DNA of 6,615 nucleotides from an uncultured Gammaproteobacteria bacterium (GTDB lineage Bacteria; Patescibacteriota; Patescibacteriia; UBA2591; UBA6264), in assembly GCA_964617525.1 (NCBI GenBank), contig CAZTWG010000036.1:1-6615 (forward strand), read 5' to 3'. Positions 1 to 5,582 of this stretch are shown here, in pieces. Under the pieces are notes generated by a model. That model was not told the origin of the DNA, ran no database searches, and worked only from the letters and a program-made list of their open reading frames with translations. A program made the translations under genes and the position numbers. Within the stretch, counting starts at the first letter, position 1; the number at the start of each line of letters is the position of its first letter.

Positions 1-28
1 CATAACTATTATAATCTATTTTTAATAT

Positions 29-58
29 TTGACAATAAACTTATCCACAGGTTAGTTT
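29..58 (+). promoter_or_regulatory. Weak candidate sigma70-type promoter (TTGACAAT at 29-36; poor -10 TAGTTT at 53-58)
   Basis: TTGACA at 29-34 is the same TTGACAAT box seen in other intergenic regions. The only TAnnnT hexamer at plausible spacing (18 nt) is TAGTTT, and there is no TGn extension. It would transcribe through the palindrome toward the GNAT gene. Confidence 0.25.
41..49 (+). promoter_or_regulatory. Perfect consensus DnaA-box 9-mer TTATCCACA
   Basis: Exact match to the canonical bacterial DnaA box, read directly at 41-49. Two 7/9 relatives (ATATCCACT) lie in the arms of the adjacent palindrome, at 65-73 (+) and 94-102 (-). Function is unproven and no dnaA or dnaN is in the window. 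Confidence 0.35.
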
Positions 59-61
59 ATC

Positions 62-105
62 GGAATATCCACTAAACTGCCCTTAGGCAGTTTAGTGGAT
101 ATTCC
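62..105. repeat. Perfect 20-bp inverted repeat (stem-loop or operator-like palindrome), 4-nt spacer
   Basis: 62-81 GGAATATCCACTAAACTGCC is the exact reverse complement of 86-105 GGCAGTTTAGTGGATATTCC; the spacer is CTTA (82-85). No T-run follows on either strand, so it is not a canonical intrinsic terminator. The confidence value refers to the existence of the repeat, not to any function. Confidence 0.9.
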
Positions 106-117
106 AAGAATTGTCAA
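89..117 (-). promoter_or_regulatory. Candidate leftward promoter (TTGACAAT at 117-110, 17-nt spacer, TAAACT at 94-89)
   Basis: The 11-mer AGAATTGTCAA (107-117) is identical to 6422-6432, which carries the -35 of the uppP promoter. The -10 candidate TAAACT lies inside the right arm of the palindrome. The target would be a gene beyond the left edge; CAT at 1-3 would be an ATG on the minus strand. Confidence 0.3.
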
Positions 118-147
118 TATTGATTTTGTCTTTAAATTGACCAAATT

Positions 148-672
148 ATGGATACATCAAATATAACAATTAAAACCAAAAATCTTTTATTGCAACCAAT
201 AACATTGGATTATAAAGAGGAAATATTTAAAGAATTTACTCCAGAAATTACTATTTATATGTTTCCAAAATCAGCTGACAAGATTGAGGAAACCATTAAA
301 TTTATTGAAATTTCCATGAAAGAAAATAAAGAAGGTAGTAATTTTGAAGTAGTTGTGCTTAATAAAAAAACAAAAGAATATTTAGGTAGCGCTGGTATAC
401 ATAATATCAACACCAAAACTCCAGAATTAGGAATTTGGATTAAAAAGTCTGCGCAGGGGAATGCCTATGGAAAGGAGGCTATGATTGCTTTTAAAGAATG
501 GGCTGACAACAATCTTGATTATGAGTATATTCTTTATCCCGTTGTTGATATAAATTATGCGAGTAGAAGGATCCCAGAGTTTTTGGGAGGGAAAATATCA
601 AGAGAGTATGACAAAGAGAATATGAGTGGAATAAAACAGCATTTATTAGAGTATAGAATTTATTCTAACTAA
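148..672 (+). CDS. GNAT-family N-acetyltransferase, RimJ/RimL (Acetyltransf_3)-like
   Basis: 174 aa. The N-terminal L-L-L-Q-P-I-x-x-D is typical of RimJ/RimL-type GNATs. GIWIKKSAQGNAYGKEAM matches the beta4-alpha3 acetyl-CoA loop (a variant of Q/RxxGxG/A). INYASRRIPEFLGG matches the N-x-x-S-x-x-x-x-E-K-x-G-F region. Stop codon is TAA. No SD upstream. Confidence 0.85.
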   Translation: MDTSNITIKTKNLLLQPITLDYKEEIFKEFTPEITIYMFPKSADKIEETIKFIEISMKENKEGSNFEVVVLNKKTKEYLGSAGIHNINTKTPELGIWIKKSAQGNAYGKEAMIAFKEWADNNLDYEYILYPVVDINYASRRIPEFLGGKISREYDKENMSGIKQHLLEYRIYSN

Positions 673-871
673 AAATTGAATTGGAAAAAAAGGGACTGTC
701 CTATTTAATTGGCATTCTGAAACTTGTGTTGGTTGTGGGTTGTAGACTGATTTTTTAAAAATAGCACGATTTTCGCAAAAAGTTTGGACACTCGGTATCC
801 AAATTACTGTGTTCGCAGAACCTTATAATTAAATTTTTCAAAGACATTAAGGTTTAACTCTATTAATTTTT

Positions 872-877
872 TATAAT
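872..877 (+). promoter_or_regulatory. Consensus -10 hexamer TATAAT, 6 nt upstream of the ATG at 884 (possible leaderless start)
   Basis: TATAAT at 872-877, then ATTATT, then ATG. There is no SD and no convincing -35. A second TATAAT at 824-829 is an alternative. Confidence 0.4.
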
Positions 878-883
878 ATTATT

Positions 884-1189
884 ATGAAATACAATAAACT
901 AGTCAGAGACAAAATTCCTCAAATTATTAAAGATAATGGACAGGTTTCGGTTACACACATTGCTTCAGATGATGAATATGCAGAAAAATTGAAAGCAAAA
1001 TTACAAGAAGAAGTTAATGAGTTTTTAGAAGATTTAAATAAAGAGGAACTTGCTGATATTCTTGAAGTAGTTTATACATTGTGTGATTTATATAAAATTG
1101 ATAAAAATGAATTGGAACGGATTCGAAAAGAGAAAGCAGAGAAACGAGGCGGATTCAAAGATAAAATTATTTTAGAAGAAGTAAAATAA
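884..1189 (+). CDS. All-alpha NTP pyrophosphohydrolase, MazG/HisE (PRA-PH)-like house-cleaning family
   Basis: 101 aa. The N-terminal YNKLVRDKIPQII is the hallmark start of the small MazG-superfamily predicted house-cleaning NTP-PPases. Acidic metal-binding pairs are present: EEVNE (ExxE) and EELAD (ExxD). The C-terminal KRGGF is typical. Stop codon is TAA. Confidence 0.8.
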   Translation: MKYNKLVRDKIPQIIKDNGQVSVTHIASDDEYAEKLKAKLQEEVNEFLEDLNKEELADILEVVYTLCDLYKIDKNELERIRKEKAEKRGGFKDKIILEEVK

Positions 1190-1264
1190 AAAAGATTTCT
1201 TTTTAATAAAAAGACTCAAAATTAAAATAGGTAAGGCATATTTAATGTTTTATCTATTTTTTTA

Positions 1265-1293
1265 TTGACAATAATTCAAATTTATGAGATTAT
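1265..1293 (+). promoter_or_regulatory. Candidate promoter of the ABC-F gene: TTGACAAT, 17-nt spacer, TGaGATTAT (extended -10)
   Basis: TTGACA at 1265-1270; TG at 1285-1286; hexamer GATTAT at 1288-1293. The predicted transcription start is near 1300. Confidence 0.5.
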
Positions 1294-1300
1294 TATTTAT

Positions 1301-1330
1301 ATAACGAATCTCTCTTAAGGGACTCGTTAT
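1301..1330 (+). other. Imperfect hairpin at the predicted 5' end of the ABC-F transcript
   Basis: ATAACGA (1301-1307) pairs with TCGTTAT (1324-1330). The inner stem TCTCT/AGGGA has one A/C mismatch and one G-U pair, and the loop is CTTA (1314-1317). Function is unknown. No upstream leader ORF is visible. Confidence 0.35.
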
Positions 1331-1356
1331 TAATATAGATAGATTAAAGAAATATT

Positions 1357-2811
1357 ATGGCAGAAGAAGTAATTTTAAAAATTGATGACGTAACATTTGA
1401 ATATGTGGCAAAAAAACCAGTGCTTAAGGAAGCATATTTTAGTGTGCGTAAAGGCGCAAAATTAACTTTAATGGGACAAAATGGTTCCGGTAAAAGTACA
1501 ATATTCAAATTAATAAAAGGAGAACTAAAACCTACAAAAGGTAATGTTTTTGTTACCAATGACGCAACCATTGCTACAGCATTACAAGTGGTTGATAAAC
1601 AAGATTTAAGCTTAACCATTGAAGAGTATTTTTCAAAAGCATATGAAACTGTTCCTGGTGGTATAAGGAGTGAGATTAGTAAGGTAATGGATGCTGTTAA
1701 CTTAGTCGTACCGATTGACAGAAAGGTAGGGGACTTGTCTGGCGGACAACAAGCAAGAATCTTATTGGCTTTTGCCCTTATCCAAAATCCTGATATTTTG
1801 CTTTTAGATGAGCCAACAAATAATTTAGACAAAGATGGCATTGATCATTTATTGAGATTCTTAATTATGTATAGCAAGACGGTAATAGTTATTTCTCATG
1901 ATGCTGATTTTTTGAATTGTTTTACAGAAGGAGTAATCTACCTAGATGTTTTTACTAAAAAAACAGAAATTTATGTAGGTGACTATTATTCTGTAGTACA
2001 AGAGATACAAAGTAGAATTGAGAGAGAAATAAAGAAAAATGCTCAACTAGAGAAAGAAATATTAGATAACAAGGAAAAGGTAAACTTTTTTGCCAACAAA
2101 GGTGGTAAGATGCGAAAACTCGCAAGCAAGCTAAGGGAAGAAATTGGTGCCCTAGAAGAAAATAAAGTAGAGGTTCGGCGTGAAGATAAAATTATTAAAG
2201 ATTTTACCATTCCTTCTCAGGGAATAGTTGGTGATTTGGTGACCATTAAATCAATAAAGATAATTAAAAATCATGATATAATAAATAAAGAGGTTGACGT
2301 CATATTAAGACAAAATGACAGACTTCTAATTTTGGGACCAAATGGCATAGGAAAAAGCACTTTATTGAAGTCTCTTATGGACGAGTCTGATAAAAGAGCA
2401 GTTATTCTAGAGGGCACACGAGTTGGTTATTATAGTCAAGATTTTACTACTCTTGATTACGAGCAAACAGTTTTTGATTCTTTGAAAAGCGCGCTAACCA
2501 AGGGAACAGATATTCAAGAAATGCGAGCTATTGCTGCAAGATTTTTAATTACAGGTGAATTAATGGGGCTTAAAGTTTCTCACTTATCAGAAGGTCAAAA
2601 GGGTTTATTGTCTTTTGCGCGATTAGTATTAATGAAACCAGGTTTATTAGTTCTTGACGAACCGACTAATCATATAAACTTTCGTCACATCCCAGTCATA
2701 GCTAAAGCTATAAACAAATATGAGGGAGCGGTTATCCTCATTAGTCATATGCCTAATTTTGTAAAGAATATTAAATTTGATAAAGAATTAGACATGGGTA
2801 GATATGTTTAA
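1357..2811 (+). CDS. ABC-F family ATPase (two fused nucleotide-binding domains, no transmembrane domain); ribosome-associated translation factor type
   Basis: 484 aa.
- NBD1: Walker A GQNGSGKST, signature LSGGQQ, Walker B LLLDEPTNNLD, H-loop ISHD.
- Linker: about 80 aa, charged and helical (EREIKKNAQLEKEILDNKEKVNFFANKGGKMRKLASKLREE).
- NBD2: GPNGIGKST, LSEGQKG, LVLDEPTNHIN, ISHM.
Stop codon is TAA. Confidence 0.92.
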   Translation: MAEEVILKIDDVTFEYVAKKPVLKEAYFSVRKGAKLTLMGQNGSGKSTIFKLIKGELKPTKGNVFVTNDATIATALQVVDKQDLSLTIEEYFSKAYETVPGGIRSEISKVMDAVNLVVPIDRKVGDLSGGQQARILLAFALIQNPDILLLDEPTNNLDKDGIDHLLRFLIMYSKTVIVISHDADFLNCFTEGVIYLDVFTKKTEIYVGDYYSVVQEIQSRIEREIKKNAQLEKEILDNKEKVNFFANKGGKMRKLASKLREEIGALEENKVEVRREDKIIKDFTIPSQGIVGDLVTIKSIKIIKNHDIINKEVDVILRQNDRLLILGPNGIGKSTLLKSLMDESDKRAVILEGTRVGYYSQDFTTLDYEQTVFDSLKSALTKGTDIQEMRAIAARFLITGELMGLKVSHLSEGQKGLLSFARLVLMKPGLLVLDEPTNHINFRHIPVIAKAINKYEGAVILISHMPNFVKNIKFDKELDMGRYV

Positions 2812-2829
2812 TATTTTTCTGTCTATGTA

Positions 2830-2857
2830 TTGACTTTTTTGAAAAGCTTGATAAACT
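2830..2857 (+). promoter_or_regulatory. Candidate promoter: TTGACT, 16-nt spacer, TGaTAAACT (extended -10)
   Basis: TTGACT at 2830-2835; TG at 2849-2850; TAAACT at 2852-2857. A second possible -10, TACAAT (2890-2895), lies 8 nt before the ATG at 2904. Confidence 0.5.
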
Positions 2858-2903
2858 AACAAAGATTAATCATTTTATTTAAATATAGTTACAATTATAA
2901 AAT

Positions 2904-3473
2904 ATGGAAAATTTTAGACGAAATAATAGATTTGGTGGCGGGAGAGATTCAAGAAGGTCTAGCTTTGGCGACAAAAAAATGTATAAAGCTGTTTGTGCTG
3001 AATGTGGGAAAGACTGTGAAGTGCCTTTCAAGCCTACAGGAAATAAACCTGTTCTTTGTAGTGAATGTTTTAGAAAAGATGGGAATAATCAAGAAAGAAG
3101 ATTTGGTGGCGGGAGAGATTCAAGAAGGTCTAGCTTTGGCGACAAAAAAATGTATAAAGCTGTTTGTGCTGAATGTGGGAAAGACTGTGAAGTGCCTTTC
3201 AAGCCTACAGGAAATAAACCTGTTCTTTGTAGTGAATGTTTTGGTAAGGTTAGTAGAAGCAAAGGCTCTAGTCAATCAACAAAGCAACTTGAAATAATAG
3301 AAGCTAAACTTGATAAAATTTTAAAATTATTAACTCCAGTTGCTTCTGTGGAAAAAAAAGAGAAGAAAAAAGTGATTAAGAAAGAAAAAGCTGTTAAACC
3401 CAAAAAAATAAGTAAAGCAAAAGAGAAGAAAGTTGTTGTTTCCAAGAAAACAAAAACAAAAAAGAAAAAATAA
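2904..3473 (+). CDS. CxxC-x17-CxxC domain protein: two identical zinc-ribbon modules, each preceded by an R/G/S-rich segment, then a short amphipathic helix and a lysine-rich tail
   Basis: 189 aa. The motif CAEC-GKDCEVPFKPTGNKPVL(17 aa)-CSEC occurs twice. This spacing is that of the named but functionally uncharacterised CxxC-x17-CxxC domain family. RFGGGRDSRRSSFGD precedes each module. LEIIEAKLDKILKLL is a helix candidate. The C-terminal 40 aa are mostly K. Stop codon is TAA. No SD. Confidence 0.85.
   Translation: MENFRRNNRFGGGRDSRRSSFGDKKMYKAVCAECGKDCEVPFKPTGNKPVLCSECFRKDGNNQERRFGGGRDSRRSSFGDKKMYKAVCAECGKDCEVPFKPTGNKPVLCSECFGKVSRSKGSSQSTKQLEIIEAKLDKILKLLTPVASVEKKEKKKVIKKEKAVKPKKISKAKEKKVVVSKKTKTKKKK
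2928..3242 (+). repeat. Perfect 144-bp direct repeat (2928-3071 = 3099-3242), period 171 bp, inside the CDS and in frame
   Basis: Base-by-base comparison of the two copies shows 144/144 identity. The 27-bp linker at 3072-3098 encodes RKDGNNQER. Confidence 0.97.
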
Positions 3474-3509
3474 AGATTAGTAATTATTTTAAAGATTGCA
3501 AAAAACATA

Positions 3510-3545
3510 CAGAATCATCTCGATTTGTGAGATGGTTTCTGTTTT
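3510..3545 (+). terminator. Rho-independent terminator after the CxxC protein gene
   Basis: CAGAA-T-CATCTC (3510-3521) pairs with GAGATG-GT-TTCTG (3529-3541), with a small bulge. The loop is GATTTGT and the stem is followed by TTTT (3542-3545). Confidence 0.7.
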
Positions 3546-3563
3546 AAATTAACAACAAACAAT

Positions 3564-5360
3564 ATGGAAATAAGAAATATTGCAATTATCGCCCATGTAG
3601 ACCACGGGAAAACAGCCTTAACTGATGCTCTAATGCGTCAAACAAAAATGGCTGGAGAGGGCGTTAGTATGGATTCAAATGCATTAGAAAAAGAAAGAGG
3701 AATTACAATTTATTCAAAAAATACTTCTTTGATTTATAAAGATACAAAAATAAATATTGTCGATACTCCTGGTCATGCTGATTTTAGCTCAGAAGTGGAA
3801 AGAATTTTAAGGTCTATTGATTCTGTTCTGCTTTTAGTAGATGCTCAGGAAGGACCTATGCCTCAAACAAAATTTGTATTAAAAAAATCGCTTGAGCTTA
3901 ATTTAAAGCCAATAGTAGTAATTAATAAGATAGATAAACCAGCGGCAAGAGCAGAAGAAGTTCATGATATGGTACTTGAGTTATTTATGGACTTAGGGGC
4001 AAGCAATGAACAACTTGATTTTGAAATAATTTATGCTATAGCCAAAGATGGTATCGCAAAAAAAGAATTAGAGGACGAGAATAAAGATTTATCTCCACTT
4101 CTTGATTTAGTTCTAGAGAAAGTAACTCCAGCCTCAAGCGACGAAATGAACAAAGAACCTCTAAGAATGCAGTCTTTTAATTTAGCTTATGATAATTATG
4201 TAGGAAGAATGGCCATTTGTAGAATATATCAAGGCAAAATAAAAAAAGGTATGACTGTGGTTGTTAAAGAGGGGGAAGATAAATATAGGACAGGCAAAAT
4301 AACTAATTTATACACTTTCCATGGGTTAGAAAGAAAAGAAGTTGACGAAGCCGTTGCTGGTGATATTGTGATGATAGCAGGTATCCCAGATATAGACATT
4401 GGAGAAACAATTTGTGAGAACAAAGAACAAGAAATGTTGCCAGCTATTAAAATTGACGAACCAACAATTTCGCTTGATTTTATGGTAAATAATTCTCCTC
4501 TCGCCGGCAAAGACGGCAAGTATGTTACAAATAGCAAACTGCAAGAGAGGCTAAAAAAAGAATTAGAGGTTAATGTTGGGCTAAAAATTGATTTCAGCGC
4601 AACAAATGGACGCTATAAGGTCTATGGTAGGGGAGAGCTACATATTGCTATTCTTTTAGAAAATATGAGGAGAGAAGATTTTGAAATACAGGTTTCTCAG
4701 CCTAAGGTAATTATTAAAGATAATAATGGAGTGAAACAAGAGCCATATGAAGAAGTAACTATAGATGTACCGAAAGAAATGGCTGGTATGGTAATTGAGA
4801 AATTATCCAAAAGAAAAGGAAAGATAGTTGATATGAGGCCAGAACGGAACTATCAAAGATTAATTTTTGAAATACCAACTCGCGGTATTTTAGGATATAA
4901 AGGAAATTTTGTCATTGATACGAGGGGTGAAGGCATTTTTACTAGTCGTGTTATTGGATTTAAAGATTATGCAGGAGATATAGATAAACATGAACTTGGC
5001 TCTATGGTGTCTATGGAAAATGGGAAAGCTTTAGCTTACGCATTATGGAAATTAGAGGAACGAGGTAAAATTTATATTCACCCGAATACTGCTGTCTATA
5101 GTGGGATGGTTATAGGGAATGTATCGAAAGGAAATGATATGTGGGTAAATCCAATTAAAGGGAAAAATTTAACAAATATTAGAGCTTCTGGGTCTGATGA
5201 TTCTATAGTATTGTCTCCTCCTGCAGAAATTACTCTAGAGAGAGGTTTAGAAATTATGAAAGAAGATGAGTTTTTAGAAATTACGCCTAAAAATATTAGA
5301 TTAAGAAAAGAATATTTAAGCAAAAACGAAAATGCGAAAAGAGCCAAAGGATTGATATAG
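3564..5360 (+). CDS. typA: Translational GTPase TypA/BipA
   Basis: 598 aa. The N-terminus IRNIAIIAHVDHGKTALTDALM carries G1; DTPGHADF is G3; NKIDK is G4. The protein is collinear with EF-G/LepA-like domains II, III and V plus the TypA-specific C-terminal domain, and its length is typical of the family. Stop codon is TAG. The upstream region AACAACAAACAAT has no SD. Confidence 0.95.
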   Translation: MEIRNIAIIAHVDHGKTALTDALMRQTKMAGEGVSMDSNALEKERGITIYSKNTSLIYKDTKINIVDTPGHADFSSEVERILRSIDSVLLLVDAQEGPMPQTKFVLKKSLELNLKPIVVINKIDKPAARAEEVHDMVLELFMDLGASNEQLDFEIIYAIAKDGIAKKELEDENKDLSPLLDLVLEKVTPASSDEMNKEPLRMQSFNLAYDNYVGRMAICRIYQGKIKKGMTVVVKEGEDKYRTGKITNLYTFHGLERKEVDEAVAGDIVMIAGIPDIDIGETICENKEQEMLPAIKIDEPTISLDFMVNNSPLAGKDGKYVTNSKLQERLKKELEVNVGLKIDFSATNGRYKVYGRGELHIAILLENMRREDFEIQVSQPKVIIKDNNGVKQEPYEEVTIDVPKEMAGMVIEKLSKRKGKIVDMRPERNYQRLIFEIPTRGILGYKGNFVIDTRGEGIFTSRVIGFKDYAGDIDKHELGSMVSMENGKALAYALWKLEERGKIYIHPNTAVYSGMVIGNVSKGNDMWVNPIKGKNLTNIRASGSDDSIVLSPPAEITLERGLEIMKEDEFLEITPKNIRLRKEYLSKNENAKRAKGLI

Positions 5361-5364
5361 AACA

Positions 5365-5392
5365 TTGACAAAATTCTCTTTTTTGTTATTTT
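5365..5392 (+). promoter_or_regulatory. Candidate promoter of the small ORF: TTGACAAA, 16-nt spacer, TGtTATTTT (extended -10)
   Basis: TTGACA at 5365-5370 lies 5 nt after the typA stop. TG at 5384-5385; TATTTT at 5387-5392. Confidence 0.5.
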
Positions 5393-5422
5393 AAATAGTA
5401 ACGATATTTAAAACTATCTAAA

Positions 5423-5432
5423 AAAGGAGGTG
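5423..5432 (+). promoter_or_regulatory. Strong Shine-Dalgarno AAAGGAGGTG, 4 nt before the ATG at 5437
   Basis: Ten contiguous bases are complementary to the canonical bacterial 16S 3' tail (CACCUCCUUU). This assumes the tail is conserved in this organism. It is the only such element in the window. Confidence 0.6.
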
Positions 5433-5436
5433 CTGA

Positions 5437-5568
5437 ATGTTTTTTACAAGAAAACACAAAGGGAAATTTTGGTTTTTTTGCCACAAGAGCAAATTACATT
5501 ACAAAGAATACTTCTTTCCTTTTAGAAAAAAAATCCGACAAGTTCTTTCTTGTCGGAGAAGGTGTTAA
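5437..5568 (+). CDS. Unannotated small ORF, 43 aa, extremely basic and aromatic (MFFTRKHKGKFWFFCHKSKLHYKEYFFPFRKKIRQVLSCRRRC)
   Basis: Hand translation gives ATG 5437 to TAA 5566-5568. The ORF has its own promoter-like element, a perfect SD and a downstream intrinsic terminator. Composition: 14 K/R against 1 acidic residue, 11 aromatic residues, 3 Cys and 3 His. I recognise no homolog. The ORF is too short to appear in the supplied track. Confidence 0.45.
   Translation: MFFTRKHKGKFWFFCHKSKLHYKEYFFPFRKKIRQVLSCRRRC
5526..5557 (-). terminator. Rho-independent terminator on the minus strand (probable uppP terminator), overlapping the 3' part of the small ORF
   Basis: A 9-bp stem TCCGACAAG (5534-5542) / CTTGTCGGA (5549-5557) with loop TTCTTT. 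On the minus strand it is followed by T8 (A8 at 5526-5533 on the plus strand). A weaker hairpin lies directly after the uppP stop: TGACC (5635-5639) / GGTCA (5645-5649). Confidence 0.55.
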
Positions 5569-5582
5569 CTTTTGTTAATATT

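Noticed and set aside
1-13. A leftward gene start at the window edge (minus strand: TATAAT at 13-8, 4 nt, ATG at 3-1)
   Set aside because: Only the start codon would be inside the window, and the 4-nt spacing is short. It cannot be evaluated without the flanking sequence.
1-147. Calling this region the chromosomal replication origin (oriC)
   Set aside because: There is only one perfect and two imperfect DnaA boxes. No dnaA, dnaN or clear AT-rich unwinding element is visible, and the region lies at the window edge. It is reported as a finding to be checked, not as a feature.
148-672. GNAT toxin of a TacT/AtaT-type toxin-antitoxin pair
   Set aside because: There is no small RHH or antitoxin ORF overlapping or adjacent. 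The sequence looks like RimJ/RimL-type acetyltransferases rather than the tRNA-acetylating toxin clade.
1189-1204. Terminator after the MazG-like gene (AAAAAG / ATTT / CTTTTT)
   Set aside because: The stem is A-T pairs plus a single G-C pair, which is too weak to call in an AT-rich genome.
1300-1356. Ribosome-dependent attenuator or leader peptide, as in antibiotic-resistance ABC-F genes
   Set aside because: There is no start codon or mini-ORF in the leader, and no alternative terminator or anti-terminator pair. There is only one imperfect hairpin.
1344-1841. 165-aa ORF on the minus strand
   Set aside because: It lies entirely antisense to the ABC-F gene, whose Walker and signature motifs are unambiguous. 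The translation is low-complexity (S/L/K/F-rich) with no recognisable motif. This is a typical shadow ORF.
2932-3297. 121-aa ORF in an alternative + frame, itself showing an internal repeat
   Set aside because: It is just the 144-bp duplication read out of frame, starting at a TTG. The overlapping frame encodes a recognisable CxxC-x17-CxxC zinc ribbon, while this one has no motif.
3272-3508. 78-aa ORF on the minus strand
   Set aside because: It is antisense to the lysine-rich tail, so AAA/AAG codons read as poly-F/L on the other strand. It is a composition artefact.
4229-4544. Two minus-strand ORFs (102 aa and 72 aa)
   Set aside because: Both are antisense to typA, which is full-length and strongly recognisable. 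Neither has motifs.
5096-5371. 91-aa ORF on the minus strand
   Set aside because: It is antisense to the 3' end of typA and has no start context or motif.
5437-5568. Identification of the small ORF as ribosomal protein L34 (rpmH)
   Set aside because: The C-terminal FR..IRQVLSCRRR loosely resembles the L34 segment GFR...GRxVLxRRR. However, the N-terminal half is not collinear with L34, the spacing differs, and the expected rnpA neighbour is absent. The resemblance may be a composition effect of basic peptides.
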